Assembly (NCBI GenBank): GCA_964016885.1
Contig: OZ024755.1
Location: forward strand, 4,650,001-4,714,000
Direction of reading: 5' to 3'
Source: Eledone cirrhosa
Lineage: Eukaryota
Length of the DNA stretch: 64,000 bases
The position numbers were made by a program, and so were the translations under genes. Shown piece after piece: positions 15,311 through 28,160 of this stretch; position 1 is the stretch's first letter, and each line of letters opens with the position of its first letter. Under the pieces are notes generated by a model. That model ran no database searches. It was not told the DNA's origin and worked only from the letters and a program-made list of their open reading frames with translations.

Positions 15311-16529
15311 ACTATATGAGACAACTAATTATAATTCTTAATGTATAGATATATACTATATGACATGCATCTCATTTTAGTCAATGAGGACATTGTATAT
15401 ATTAGATGGCTTTAAAGCTATCAATACTGTCTACATATTGTCCAGTTATGACACAGAAAAGACTTGGTGTACTAGCTTGACATGACCTAAATACTTTATT
15501 TATATAGTTAAGCTATGTACATAAAGTTTTATAATAAATCGTGATTTGTTAGATTGTTTATTCCTCAATAAATAATATTGTCAAACGTAAAATAAAAACT
15601 ATCTCTGGAGTTCAGATTATATTACAAAGCCTTCTGGGAAACTTTCTACTGCACAGTTAAATATTAAGTCCGAAGTAAATGGACACAGTTAATAGAGTAT
15701 CTAATCCTAGTACGTCCTTCATAATTTCAGATGTAATAGTCTACACTATCAATGTTTGTTTTTCTGTAGTTGATTGGCTGTACAACACAATACTATCCTT
15801 ATATATTCTCTTTTCTCTACAAATATTGTTCTATTCTTTTGCGGGGATGTGAAGATAGGGAAAGCATCTACTGAGGAACAATAAAACTTAATGCAAATAT
15901 AAATAACCTTCATAGGGTGACACATTTTTTAGCTAATAATTTCCTCAGAAAGTAACTTCCACTGAAGTAAGAATATTTATAATTAAAGTGTGGAAGCACT
16001 ATCACTATGTGATTCCTTCTTCTTCTTCGCCCACTTATTCCTGAGAGGGTCATGGAGCAGAGTCTTTAAAAACTCCTTCCAGTGTGTCCTGTCAGAAGTA
16101 ACCATCTCCAATTGATTCTGCTGGATCCCCAAGCGAGTCCAACCATCTTGCTCAGGGTCTACCTCAGGGTCTCCTGCTGATTGGTTTTTCCCGAACTAAA
16201 ATATTCAATTTTACATTGAAATCTTATTTTAAATGCTTATTTATTCTGATTGAAAAACAATATTTAATTTATAATTTAAAACTATAATACAATTGAAACC
16301 TCTCTGTCTCCATATCTCTTTACCTTTAACCACATTATTTCTAGGCTGGTTAACCTCGGCTAATTGGCGAAGGAGTTCATTTCACAATCACGTGATTTGG
16401 GGGTTGAATCCCACTCCTGGCACCTTGGGCAAGTGTCTTCTATATATAGCCTCAAGTTGACCAAAGCCTCATGAATAAAATAGGGGATGTGGAAACTGTA
16501 GAACCCTGTCATGTGTGTGTATGTAGGTA

Positions 16530-16565
<36 letters not shown>

Positions 16566-19266
16566 GTGTGAAACTAATACTAATATCATTTATACTGCCT
16601 CTGTTTTTTGTTCTCTGTTCATTTATTAAACTATATATATATGTGTGTGCGTGTGTGTGTCATTTTCTGTGTTCACATTTACTATTTGTCTTGTAATTTA
16701 GTGGTTTGACAAACAAAAGTCAATAAAATAAGTACCTTACTCAATCAACACAGTACTAGGGCAATATGATTGATTAGATCTCTTAATCACTGAAACAAGT
16801 AAAATATTAAAAGAATATATGTGTATATTATTATTATGGCAGAATCGGTAGAGGGTCGGGAAATATACTCTGTGGCATATAGATATGTCCCATTACAGTC
16901 TGAGTTTAAATCCCACCAAGGTTAGCTTTACCTTTCATCCTTACGGGATTGATTAAATATAGTACCAGTAATGCACTAGGGTCGATTTAATCGACTTTCC
17001 CTTCCCCTTCAAATTACTGGCCTTGTGCCTAAAGTAGAAACAATTATAAAGATTTAATGCCCTATAGTTAAGCTTCTACTGTTTCAATAGCAAATTTGCT
17101 ATTGAAATAGTACAAACTTAGTTGTAGGGAAAATAACTCTTATGATAATATCTACTCAACTTTCCTGAAGTATGAAATTGAATAATGGTCTGAGATTTTA
17201 TGTTGGAACTAAAATATATTGTGGAAGAGTCATACCATTGTTCTCATTGTTCTGCTACAAAGTGTCAAATAATCTACAATAATTCCACACCATACAAATA
17301 TGATATAAAAGTCATTATAATAGTATGTGTGTTTTTTTAATGGATATCATGACACAATAACCCATGGTAAATTAAGCAAACATTTTGATAGAATACTTAA
17401 GTTTCATGAAGTTAGTATATCAGTAGGTGAGTCCCATTGGAGGTGATTCACTCCTGTACATAGACAGATATTGCCTTGGTGTATTTGACCATTTAATATC
17501 AACATTCTTACACAAACAAATTTATCCAATAGATACTTGACCATTACCATCTATCTCCCCCACCCTACTCACTCCTGAGATAATAAAAATTATAAGTAGT
17601 TCCCAATAAGTTAATTATTTATTTTACTTAGAATGAATTTTATTAAATGCTTTTGATTTTCCTTTCCCAATATTGTATTTTCTCTAATATTCTTAACATG
17701 TAAAAGAAAGAAAAGCAGTACATTTCATAGTTGTATAATATACATTCTTGTTGACATATCTTCTTAGCTCGCCAGTTATCATCTCATTTATTCCTTGGCC
17801 TTCTCTCTAAGCTAGAAGTGCATTTCACAAATATTTATTCTTCATTTTATTTTTATAATTTAATGTTATTGATGTTGAGTATAATAAAGATTCATCAATA
17901 TGAAAAAAAAAAAATGTATTGTTGCTTTTTCAATGTGTTTCTATCTATATATATAGTGTTATTTCTGTTTACCTTTTACATACATATATCTATATAACGA
18001 TGCTAGTGTGGAAGATGGACGTTAAATGATATATATATATATATATATATATATAGGGAGAAAGAAAGAGAGAAGTATTAATGGAAAAATTAGTCCTCTT
18101 TCACCAAAGAATGGTTTTATTCTCTTACAGTTTCGAATGAAATATGACCTTGAAATGTTGCAGAATTTGTTTTGCATCGTTCAACCATAAAAATAGATGT
18201 AATATGATCAGTTCATTCTCATCTGAGAGAAAGTCAATGGTGAAGTTTTATCACAGTTCATTACACACACCACACTCTTTCTCTGCCAAAAGTCGTGATA
18301 TGCACGAAAAATATTTTTTTTTTTTATAAACAATTTATTCATATAACATGCTCTACGTGGAAACTTAAAAATGTAATTATATTTCCTATGAATTGTGACT
18401 TTTGGTCCACCCAGTACTCTGGTGCGTTATGGTCCACCTGGTTCCTTACCACACTTTCTTATATATATATATATATATATCATTAGGATAATTGAAGACG
18501 GAAAACACGACAGAATGTAAAAGATTTTTTGCAATGTCTTATTCAAATCTAATGGGGGAAACTATTAACAGCTTTACTTTCCACAAGGTGCTGACATCAC
18601 AAAATCAGCAGGACCTCAAGACTTCTTGAATTACCTTTAATGCTATAAATTGCTGATGAAAAAACTATTTGGAACAAAGTTACTTCAGTAAACTGGGAAA
18701 AGATCCAACACTGTAGAATAATTAAAGTCGCAAAACTGGCCTTAATGTGTTATCAGTATTACAGAGATTTGCAGCAATTGAATTTATTCATAATTATTTT
18801 TTTAATAAAACACATTTGATCATGAAAAAGAAGCATTTGAAGAAAAATAATCTTTTATTTAAAATATAAAAATATATATAATTATTTCTTTGAGAACAAT
18901 AAAATATATCCATATTTAAATTGAACAATGATTACAAAATAGAGCAAGAAACTATGTACGGAAAATAGATTTTCGATATATTAAAAAAGAGTTATTTCCC
19001 CTTGTTTAAGAATTGTTTCCTCCCTTGAGACGGCGCTGTTGGTCAATCAATGGTAAACATTGATTGTCGGCTCAATTATTTAGAGAAATATAAAAACATA
19101 CTGAATCGAAACCAAACCAAAGAGTGAGTCTGCTTTACTATATTAATATGGCAATACTATAACATGACCCTCCCCAACAATATCTCCCTTGTCATTTATC
19201 TTTGTCAATAATTTAAGAGCCAGTTTGATAGCCTCTACGGAAATAGTAGACAAATATATTTTAGAG

Positions 19267-19453
19267 CAGGCATATCAAACATGCGGCCCTTTACAAGCAC
19301 AACTGCGCCCCGCACAAAGGTTTTTACAGCGCGAGCGCAATATAAAATAAAAAATATTAGTTGTAATGGGGGGCAATTAGTTGTCATGTTTGGCCCTCAG
19401 GCAACACATGTGACCCGTACGGTTCTCGAGCGACCCTCAGTTTGACATACCTG
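19267..19453. mobile_element. hAT (Charlie-like) MITE
   Basis: TIRs CAGGCATATCAAAC / GTTTGACATACCTG; 8-bp TSD TTTTAGAG / TTTTAGCG. Confidence 0.75.
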
Positions 19454-20144
19454 TTTTAGCGCATAAGCGGCGAATTGCCAGAGTCGTTAGAAGTTTTTGC
19501 CGGAATGGTAACTAAAGGGTTAAATAACAACCAGTAGTTTACTCAAGAAATCTAATACGTGTTTGTTAAATCTTTAAAAAATATTTTTAAATAAAATAAA
19601 ATGCTTGTATTTAATTTTATCTGTTCAGTTTCTCCCACTGCATATTTACAAACTCCAAGTATAGATTTTATTAAATGCAAGGTTTCTAGATTATAGTAAC
19701 ACGTGTCTTTATAGCCATCTTGACAAAAGAAATAATTTATTTTTAATAGATAAATGTAATAGCGTTCTTTTTAAGGCAATATGTGTTTGGAAGATATTGT
19801 AGCTTTCGTAATAAGCCAACAAAAGTGGTAAAACAACAGGTTAAATACTTAGCTGTATTTAGCTTTGTCTCTTATGCTGTGTGTTAAATTCACACTACAG
19901 TTACCTTTATCTTTCATCCTTTCAAGGTTGATAGAATAGGTCCAAAGACTATTTTAGAATTTAATTTATTATAACACTCCCTTGGAAAGATTTACCATCT
20001 GTCAAGGGTGGTTTTTCATCATCCTTTTCTTCACACACTTATTCGTGGGTGGACCATGGGTGTGGAGACAAAGTCCTGAAATACTCCTTCCAGTGGATCC
20101 TGTCTCCAACAGTTTTTTAGTTAATTCTTCAATATATCCATTCA

Positions 20145-22293
20145 TCAGAATCTCTCCGAAGTGAACTGTTCAGATGTTTCATCATGGTCAGTGATTGTAA
20201 ATAAATTTGATATGGAATGGTTGGTAATTTCATCAGTGAAAGCAGATTTGCCAAATATTTCATCATAAAAATACCCTTCGTCTGTACCTGTCATTTCAGG
20301 AATATCTGTATCATTTTGGTATTCCGTTTCTTCTTCAAATGATAAACCAACTTGAGATGTTTGACGAGCTCTTTGGTAAGAGTGATTAAACCATGGAAAT
20401 AATCTAAAAATGCAAACATGGAATCAGTTTAGGATTATAATAAGTAATTATTATTAAATAAATAAAGGGCAGTGGATTGGCATTGGAATCGGTAGAGCGT
20501 TGGACAACATGCTTTGTGGCCCTTTATGTTCTGAGTTCACATCCTGCCAAGGTTAGCTTTGCCTTTCATCCTTACGAGGGCGATAAAATAAAGTACCAGT
20601 AACACACTGGGGTCAATTTAATCAAAGAATTGCTGGTCTTGTGCCTATAGTAGAAACCATTATTAAATAATCAAAGTAACTGAGTGTCTTGCTCAAGGAC
20701 AAAATGCATCACCTGGTCCAAGAATCAAACTCACACCCTCAAAAATCACTTGGGGTGGGGCATACTTCTCTAAAGACCTTCTACTGTCCAATACTCCAGA
20801 GAGTTTCTTACCACTAACTCTAAATGTACGATTTTCTATTAATGTAATTATTTTATCTTCACTGGTACAAGAGTAAATAAAGCCACAAGGATCTAGTTTC
20901 TATATGGAAATAACTGGATATAACTTTAACAGTACAATTTTATAATTTTGCTCTTTACCTAAAATTGTAAACCTTACCAATTTATATTAGTATAGTTAAC
21001 CCTTTAGCATTTAAACCGGTCATATCCGACCAGAATTCTCTCATCTTTTTCTGTTTAAACTGACTGTAACCGGCCATTGATGTTAAGGTAGTGTTCTCAA
21101 AATAAAAAATATCAAAATCTCAGATTCGATATTATGTAAGATAGTTGTGTGAGATAAAGTCTTTACCATGAAAATATAGAGTAATGTAAATGCTAAAGGG
21201 TTAATATAACATTAATAAGAATACAAATAATGTAATGGTTCACATCAAAATGGTTGGAACATTATAAAATATGAAGAATACTTACTGTGGTTTAAATTTA
21301 CATAAGAGAACTAAAGTGGCGATCAGGATTAATAGGACCACAGACACAGTAAGACCAACTGAAAAAAAAAAACAATATTACATTTCAAGCTTCATATATC
21401 AAAATATTTGAACAGGTTACTGCAAATTTATGGTGTTATATATTCTACTTCATTTCTTTATATATATCTCATCATCATCATTATCGTTTAACGTCCACCT
21501 TCCATGCTAACATAGGTTAGACGGGTGGTCCTATTTGAGGTAAGTTGGATCAAGTGACCATATCCTGCTCATGCAGAACTGTTTCTGGCTAGATTTCTAT
21601 AGCTGAATGCCCTTCCTAACACCAACCACATTTACAGTGTGTGCTGGGTGCTTTTATATATATATATATATATATATATAGTAATAATAATAATAAATGT
21701 GAAGACTAAAATCCAAAGAGGGCTCGATAAGGATAAATATATATCAAATATATAAGAACCCTAGAGCAAATATTTATTAAAACAACAGATTAAAGTTTAA
21801 GCAAAGAATCGCTGCTTTCACCCTTAACGGGATCTTCTGAAACTAAAAAAAAAAGCGATTCTTTGCTTAAACTTTAATCTGTTATTTTAATATATATATA
21901 TACTTGGTATATTTTGTGTTAGTTAATCAACTGACACTAGTGTACGTAGGATAGACCACTTGTCGAAACATACATGTAGGTCTGTGTACTCTGGAGTATT
22001 GGTATAACAATAAAGTATAAACCTGTATATCTGTTATATTAAGGGGTCACAAGATATACCTGTTATATTAATAGAATACTATAAAATACACCTGTTATAA
22101 ATGATCACTTTTACACACAAAACGATGTCTCAAGTGACCCTTACTCTCATTCAAACCCTAGTGTGAAGAAACACTTATAATATATACCTAATATATATTT
22201 ATGATCCGATAGTGATATAGGTGGCTCAAATGTCGTGAACTGGGTTTTATTCATGGTGGATAACCCGTCATCAAGCTCCAATATGTTGGTCAT
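20145..22293 (-). CDS. Uncharacterised 145-aa single-pass membrane protein (3 coding exons)
   Basis: Exons 22293-22188, 21358-21286, 20403-20145 with canonical splice sites and matching phases. Translation: MTNILELDDGLSTMNKTQFTTFEPPISLSDHKYILVGLTVSVVLLILIATLVLLCKFKPQLFPWFNHSYQRARQTSQVGLSFEEETEYQNDTDIPEMTGTDEGYFYDEIFGKSAFTDEITNHSISNLFTITDHDETSEQFTSERF*. There is an in-frame stop upstream of the ATG, and an acceptor at 22374 implies an upstream non-coding exon (possible donor near 23400). Confidence 0.75.
20996..21204. mobile_element. piggyBac-like TTAA MITE (opposite orientation)
   Basis: TTAACCCTTTAGCATTTA..TAAATGCTAAAGGGTTAA. Confidence 0.85.
21681..21891. mobile_element. ~210-bp (TA)n-embedded hairpin element, copy A
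   Basis: Near-identical inverted copy of 22562-22769; carries an internal inverted repeat. Confidence 0.8.
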
Positions 22294-22531
22294 TGGAAGA
22301 AATTGTGGTATTGTTCACAGACAAACTCCACCAGCAATGGAGAATTACAGAATTATCTTGAATTCCAACAGACCCTGAAAATGAGAAAAAAATAAAATAA
22401 AAAGTAAATAAAATGTATATTCGTGCTGTGTAGTTGTTTAGTCCTAGATTGATCTAGTAGATATTTGATTAAAGCCATTCCAGAACCGATTCATTTATTC
22501 AGGCATTACATATTGAAGACTACATTATCCA

Positions 22532-22561
<30 letters not shown>

Positions 22562-22569
<8 letters not shown>

Positions 22570-22766
22570 TAAAATAACAGATTAAAGTTTAAGCAAAGAA
22601 TCGCTAGTTTCAGAAGATCCCGTTAAGGGTGAAAGCAGCGATTCTTTGCTTAAACTTTAATCTGTTATTTTAATAAATATTTGCTCTACGGTTCTTATAT
22701 ATTTGATATATATTTATCCTTATCGAGCCCTCTTTGGATTTTAGTCTTCAAATTTATTATTATTAC

Positions 22767-22769
<3 letters not shown>
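22562..22769. mobile_element. ~210-bp (TA)n-embedded hairpin element, copy B
   Basis: Perfect 44-bp arms at 22562-22605 and 22637-22680 with a 31-nt loop; inverted relative to copy A. Confidence 0.8.
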
Positions 22770-22800
<31 letters not shown>

Positions 22801-23187
22801 ATTATATATATATATTATTACGTCTAACCCATGCTAGCGTGGAAAATGGACGTTAAACGAAGATGATGATAATATTATATATATAATATATATATATATT
22901 ATATAACAAAGAAAGTGTGGTAAGGAACTAGGTGGACTATAACGCACCAGAGTACTCGATACGTAGGGTAGTAGAGTGGGTAATAAAAGAAGAGTCAGCG
23001 CTGGCTTAGTTCGGATCTAGCTGTCGAAACGGCCAGAGCTCAGCTGTTGGGGTCCTGACTCTTTTTCCTAATATATATATATGTGTGTGTGTGTATGTAT
23101 GTAAAAGGTAAACAGAAATAACATCACAATCGGTACAGTATATGGAAGGGATATATTAGGTTAACGCTTGATATAGCAGGAAGAGGG

Positions 23188-23223
23188 TCTTAACGTTTCG
23201 AACGCTAGTCCTTCATCAGAAGA
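23188..23223 (-). ncRNA. Penelope-type minimal hammerhead ribozyme motif
   Basis: Minus strand TCTT-CTGATGA-AGGACTAGCGTTC-GAAA-CG-TT-AAGA: intact CUGAUGA and GAAA boxes, short stem II, palindromic AACGTT stem III, 4-bp stem I. Confidence 0.5.
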
Positions 23224-25151
23224 AAGAATGAGAAATAAGATAGATTGGGGGGACGGGTGGAAAAAATTGTCTTTAGATAAAAATAACAGGTCCATTCATG
23301 TTGACACCTCATGCAAAACTGTTGGTGCTGGCGTTTTGTGTATGATTTATTTTTTAGAAAAGTGGATGATGGTGCGCGTCTACCTCAATAACTATTACAC
23401 CTGTACAGTCCCATGGAGGGACTGTTTCACTAATTCGCAGCAATGGTCACATTATCCATAGTTCATCAGCAGGCGTTACACACGTGCAGTTTGATAACGT
23501 CTGTCTTCCTCATTTGGTGGCTGTTGCGGTCCGGTTACATATGTTGAATTTAGGAAGACGGGTGGTCCGCGTTTGATATTTATAACTAAATAAAACACTA
23601 TAGAGCGATATAAAGGGAGCTATGTGTGTATATAAGTGGGTCTATAGAGTAATGCTAAGGTGTATTATCACTAGTTAATTGCCAGTCACTCTAAACCTCT
23701 AAACACTTCAAAAGTTTCAATAATCAATGTTGACTGAAAAATAGTTACACTAAGTTATTTCCCTTGAATTTGTTGTCTGCATAAATTTTAAGTTGGAAAT
23801 TTTAAATTTTTAAAGAAATGTCTCAAAATTCGTTTGAAGAATTTTGATGCTTTTCTTTTTTTTTTTTTTTAAATGTCTCAAAATTCGTTTGAAGAATGTT
23901 TATGCTTTTCTTATTCACCTTCAATTGCTTTATTTCCTGTTCGATTTTTAATTATAATTATCAACTTATAATTACTTTCACTTTACGAAGAAAATTATGC
24001 AACAAACGACAGGGTGTATAAAATAATTCTATTTATATAGAAAATTACTTTTAACCTTCTTATACATGTTTAAAAACAGAAGTATTGTGATTTCGTGAGA
24101 ACATCGGATAGAATGCTTTGTGGTATTTGCTCCGACTCTCAGCTTTCTGAGTTCAAATCCACCGAGGTCAACTTTGCCTTTCATCCTTTCGAAGTCATAT
24201 ATTTAAAAAACGTACCAGTCAAGTACTGGAGTCCATTCTTCCTCTATATATCTTTCTAACTTCCACTCTTTCACTTTCTACCTTTCTCTGGAAGAAATCT
24301 GCTGTATTCAGACTTAGAGAGGAAATAGAATCCGCCAGGTTTTAAAAATGCCCTATTTGCAGGTCTCAATCACCTTTGTTGCAATCAGAACTGCACATGG
24401 TCTCTCAGGGACGGGGAGCACCATGAAAAAACGTGCCGCAAAATAGGAAACTTTACATAATGAAAGCTACACCCATTTTCACAAGAAAAGACATCTCTCA
24501 CCCACCCCAAAGTGGGTGGGAGATCTTCCAGTCGGACGGGGAGAGTTAGCAGGTCTCTATACAACAATATGACCCTCCCCAAGTATAACAATATATATAT
24601 ATATATAGTTTTTAAAACATAAGGGAAACACAAACATAAGGACAATTCTCGCTCTTAGCTGTCTGCTCTTCGGGGCTATAACATGAGGAAAATGGTGTAA
24701 TTAGCTGCATAAAATGAGTTTATTTTGGTTGATTTAAACCATTTAGGACCAGATATGCTGTGATATTAGTTGACCTACGATATATAGATACAATATATAC
24801 TGTACCTTACACAATTCGTTAAACACGTCATTATGTTAAATAGTTCGTATCTTACTTCAGACACCAACACAAACATTCCAGTATTTATCGTCTTTATAAA
24901 CAAAACAAAACGTTTAGCAACTCTATATTCCCTTTATAAACAAAACAGTACAAGACAAATAAATCAGTATATGTATGAAATATGTTTGTATAATTATATA
25001 TTATATACAAGCGCTTGTTTAAATATGTTTGTATATATATATATATATATATATCCTGGCGCTGGTATTGAAACAGATCCTCAACTGTATAGTGGTGGCC
25101 ATAACAGGATCTCGAAACCTAAGGTCGCGCAACATGTTAAGTCTATGAAAG

Positions 25152-25183
<32 letters not shown>

Positions 25184-25353
25184 ATTGTTTCTATATATAA
25201 TGATTCCTGATTTAGGCACATGGCCAACAATTTTTGTGGGGAGGGTTAAGTCAATTAAATCGACACCAAAGCATTACTGGTGATTTATTTATTGACCTCG
25301 TCAGGACGAAAGGTAAAGCTAACAATAATAATAATATCTCTCTCTCTATCTAC

Positions 25354-25395
<42 letters not shown>

Positions 25396-26446
25396 TTATG
25401 TATGTATGTATAAGTATGTGTGTATACGTACGTATGTATATATGTGTGTGTATAAACGTATGTACGAACATAATTTCTTTCCAATCAGTACACGTACAAA
25501 CCTGCTTCAACATGACAATAATATAACAAATGGTAATAAATACCTTTTAATGATAAAAGGGGAGCGGCGAAAAAGGCCCAAATAATATAAACTTAATATT
25601 TCCACCAAGATTTTACCTCATATTCGACATTTTACCTTTAAACAGTTCTGAGATTTAGTATCTATGCAACAGGTGGTAGGTGATTTAATCATGTTAGATA
25701 CTTTACTGAAATTTAAAAGTTTTTTATGCGACTAAAGAGTTTGTTTTCTACTTACGTTTTTTAAGCCTTTCATTTACCTTTACACAGGTAAGGAATTAAT
25801 ACGGAATAGGTGTTACCTTTTAAAGACGATCGTAAAATATATATTTAAAAAAACTATTAGATCTTTTGATGATGAGTATAAAACTTAACGTTAATATATG
25901 ATATATAAATAAATAAGAAAATACGACTTGAAAGGAATTTGGACTCATTTATCAGTTCACTCTCGTTAGTGTATGCGGATATGTATATATATATATGTAT
26001 GTATGTATATGTGAATGTAGGTATGTATTTAGGTAAATGGGCAGGTAGATATGTATGATTGTATGTATGTATTTATGTCAATATATATGTATATATGCAT
26101 GTATGTATTTACATCTGATTAACCTACCTGTGCATGAGAGTGAAAGGAAGAAAGAGACAGGGGGAGGAGTAGTAGGGTGGAGTATGTTTTTTTTTTAAAT
26201 ATATAATTGTTTATTTTACGAGTGACAACTACGATCGCCATCGGCGTTCAGTCTTTTATATATTATACAGGATCTAAAACATTTAAAACTTTTCTTCACG
26301 TTTGGTTAAAAATATAATATAATGCTTACAGAACGAAAACACAAACATAATACATACAAATATAAACACAAAAAGAGAGATAAGAAAAGAAAGATTTGGT
26401 TTGTGTACGTTCTGCCTTTTCAAGTGTTTATTATACAGGGTCTAAC

Positions 26447-26766
26447 CAGGGTACGATTTAGATCGGGGGGGGGGGGGGCAGGGCACTTCAGGTTTTGGGA
26501 ACCCCTCATACACAAAAATTAGAATACACAGCACCCCCCACCCACCCACCCCCAATTTTATATATCAAAGTTAGCTAGGTCCAAGTAATCGGAATTGAAA
26601 AGTTATACATACAAGTATTAAATTCAAAAATTTTAATCATCCTAAAACTAAAAAGCCCAGCTGAGGGCACAAATAAATTGCTACAGCCATCGTTGGTGGG
26701 ACCCCCACCCCCACTGCAGGGGCCCGGGGCAATTGCCTTCTTTGCTTCCCATTAAATCCAACCCTG
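26447..26766. mobile_element. Probable hAT-type non-autonomous DNA transposon
   Basis: Imperfect TIRs CAGGGTACGATTTA / TAAATCCAACCCTG with GC-rich ends; no clear TSD. Confidence 0.5.
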
Positions 26767-26804
26767 CTAATATAGATTTGATATGTATAACCTCACCTGA
26801 AGCA

Positions 26805-27160
26805 TCACCAGATATCTCGGTATGGCTGGGTGATGGCGAGACTAAGACATTAAAACAACCAAGTACACCAGATATCTCGGTATGGCTGGGTGATGGCGAG
26901 ACTAAGACATTAAAACAACCAAGTACACCAGATACCTCGGTATGGCTGGGTGATGGCGAGACTAAGACATTAAAACAACCAAGTACACCAGATACCTCGG
27001 TATGGCTGGGTGATGGTGAGACTAAGACATTAAAACAACCAAGTACACCAGATATCTCGGTATGGCTGGGTGATGGCGAGACTAAACAACCAAGTACACC
27101 AGATACCTCGGTATGGTTGGGTGATGGCGAGGCTAAGACGCTGGAACAACCAAGCACCCT
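26805..27160. repeat. 60-bp minisatellite, ~6 copies
   Basis: CACCAGATATCTCGGTATGGCTGGGTGATGGCGAGACTAAGACATTAAAACAACCAAGTA. Confidence 0.95.
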
Positions 27161-27933
27161 CACAGAGTTATTAAACATATTGTATTTAAAACTTCAAGTC
27201 ACTTGTTAACAGATGGACGACAATACATGGCTTTTACATACCCCCACACACACACATACTCATACACACACATATACATACACTCATACACATACACTCA
27301 TACACACACTCGCACACACTCACACACACATACTCACACACACAAACACTCTCACACACACAAACACACTCTCACACACACTCATAGACACAAGATAGTG
27401 AATTCATGTTGGTTTGACCAATACCTGGTGAGTGAAATTAGAGAGAGAGATGAGAGAGAGAGAGAGAGAGAGAGAGAGGGTGAGAGAGAGATGAGAGAGA
27501 GAGAGAGAGAGGGTGAGAGAGAGATGAAAGAGAGGGAGAGAGAAAGAAAGGGGATAGAAAGAAAGAGAGAGGGGGAGAAAGAGAAAGAAGGAGAAAAAGG
27601 GAAAAAAAAGAGAGAAAGGGTATGAGAAAGAAAGAGGTTGGGAGAAAGAAAGAGAGTATATAGTGTGAAGAGATCTGCTTCTGTAATCAGAATAAGTATG
27701 TTTACTATGTCAATCAATCAATTGACACTGTCAGGGGAGAGCTTCTAATTGGTTTGCACATATTTCTATTGATCTTTCTTAAGCCCAACAACACCAAAAG
27801 CAATCACTAGGATATATATATATATTGAACAAGACTTAAACCATTTGATACTTAATTGAAACATCTGGTGATTTGTTACAGGTAAAACTATCCTTCCATT
27901 TGATATATAAACCATTATTCTACATTTTGTTAT

Positions 27934-28160
27934 TTAACCCTTTAGCATTTACATTATTTTATATTTACTATTGTATTTTCACAGTAAAGGCTTTATCTTA
28001 CATAATTATCTCACGTAAAATCGAATCTGTTAGATTTTGATGTTATTTATTTTGAGAACAATACCTTAATGTAGGTATGAGCAGCCAGTTACAGCCGGTT
28101 TGAACAGAAAGAAGTGAGAGAGTTCTGGCCTGATACAGCTGTTTGAATGTTAAAGGGTTA
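27934..28160. mobile_element. piggyBac-like TTAA MITE
   Basis: Same family. Confidence 0.85.

Noticed and set aside
20142-20147. TGA TGA at the end of the membrane-protein ORF as possible Sec/readthrough
   Set aside because: Tandem stops, no redox motif and no homology evidence; treated as a normal terminator.
26681-27209. Repetitive ORFs on both strands (20-aa period)
   Set aside because: 60-bp minisatellite with no convincing splice sites linking it to a gene.
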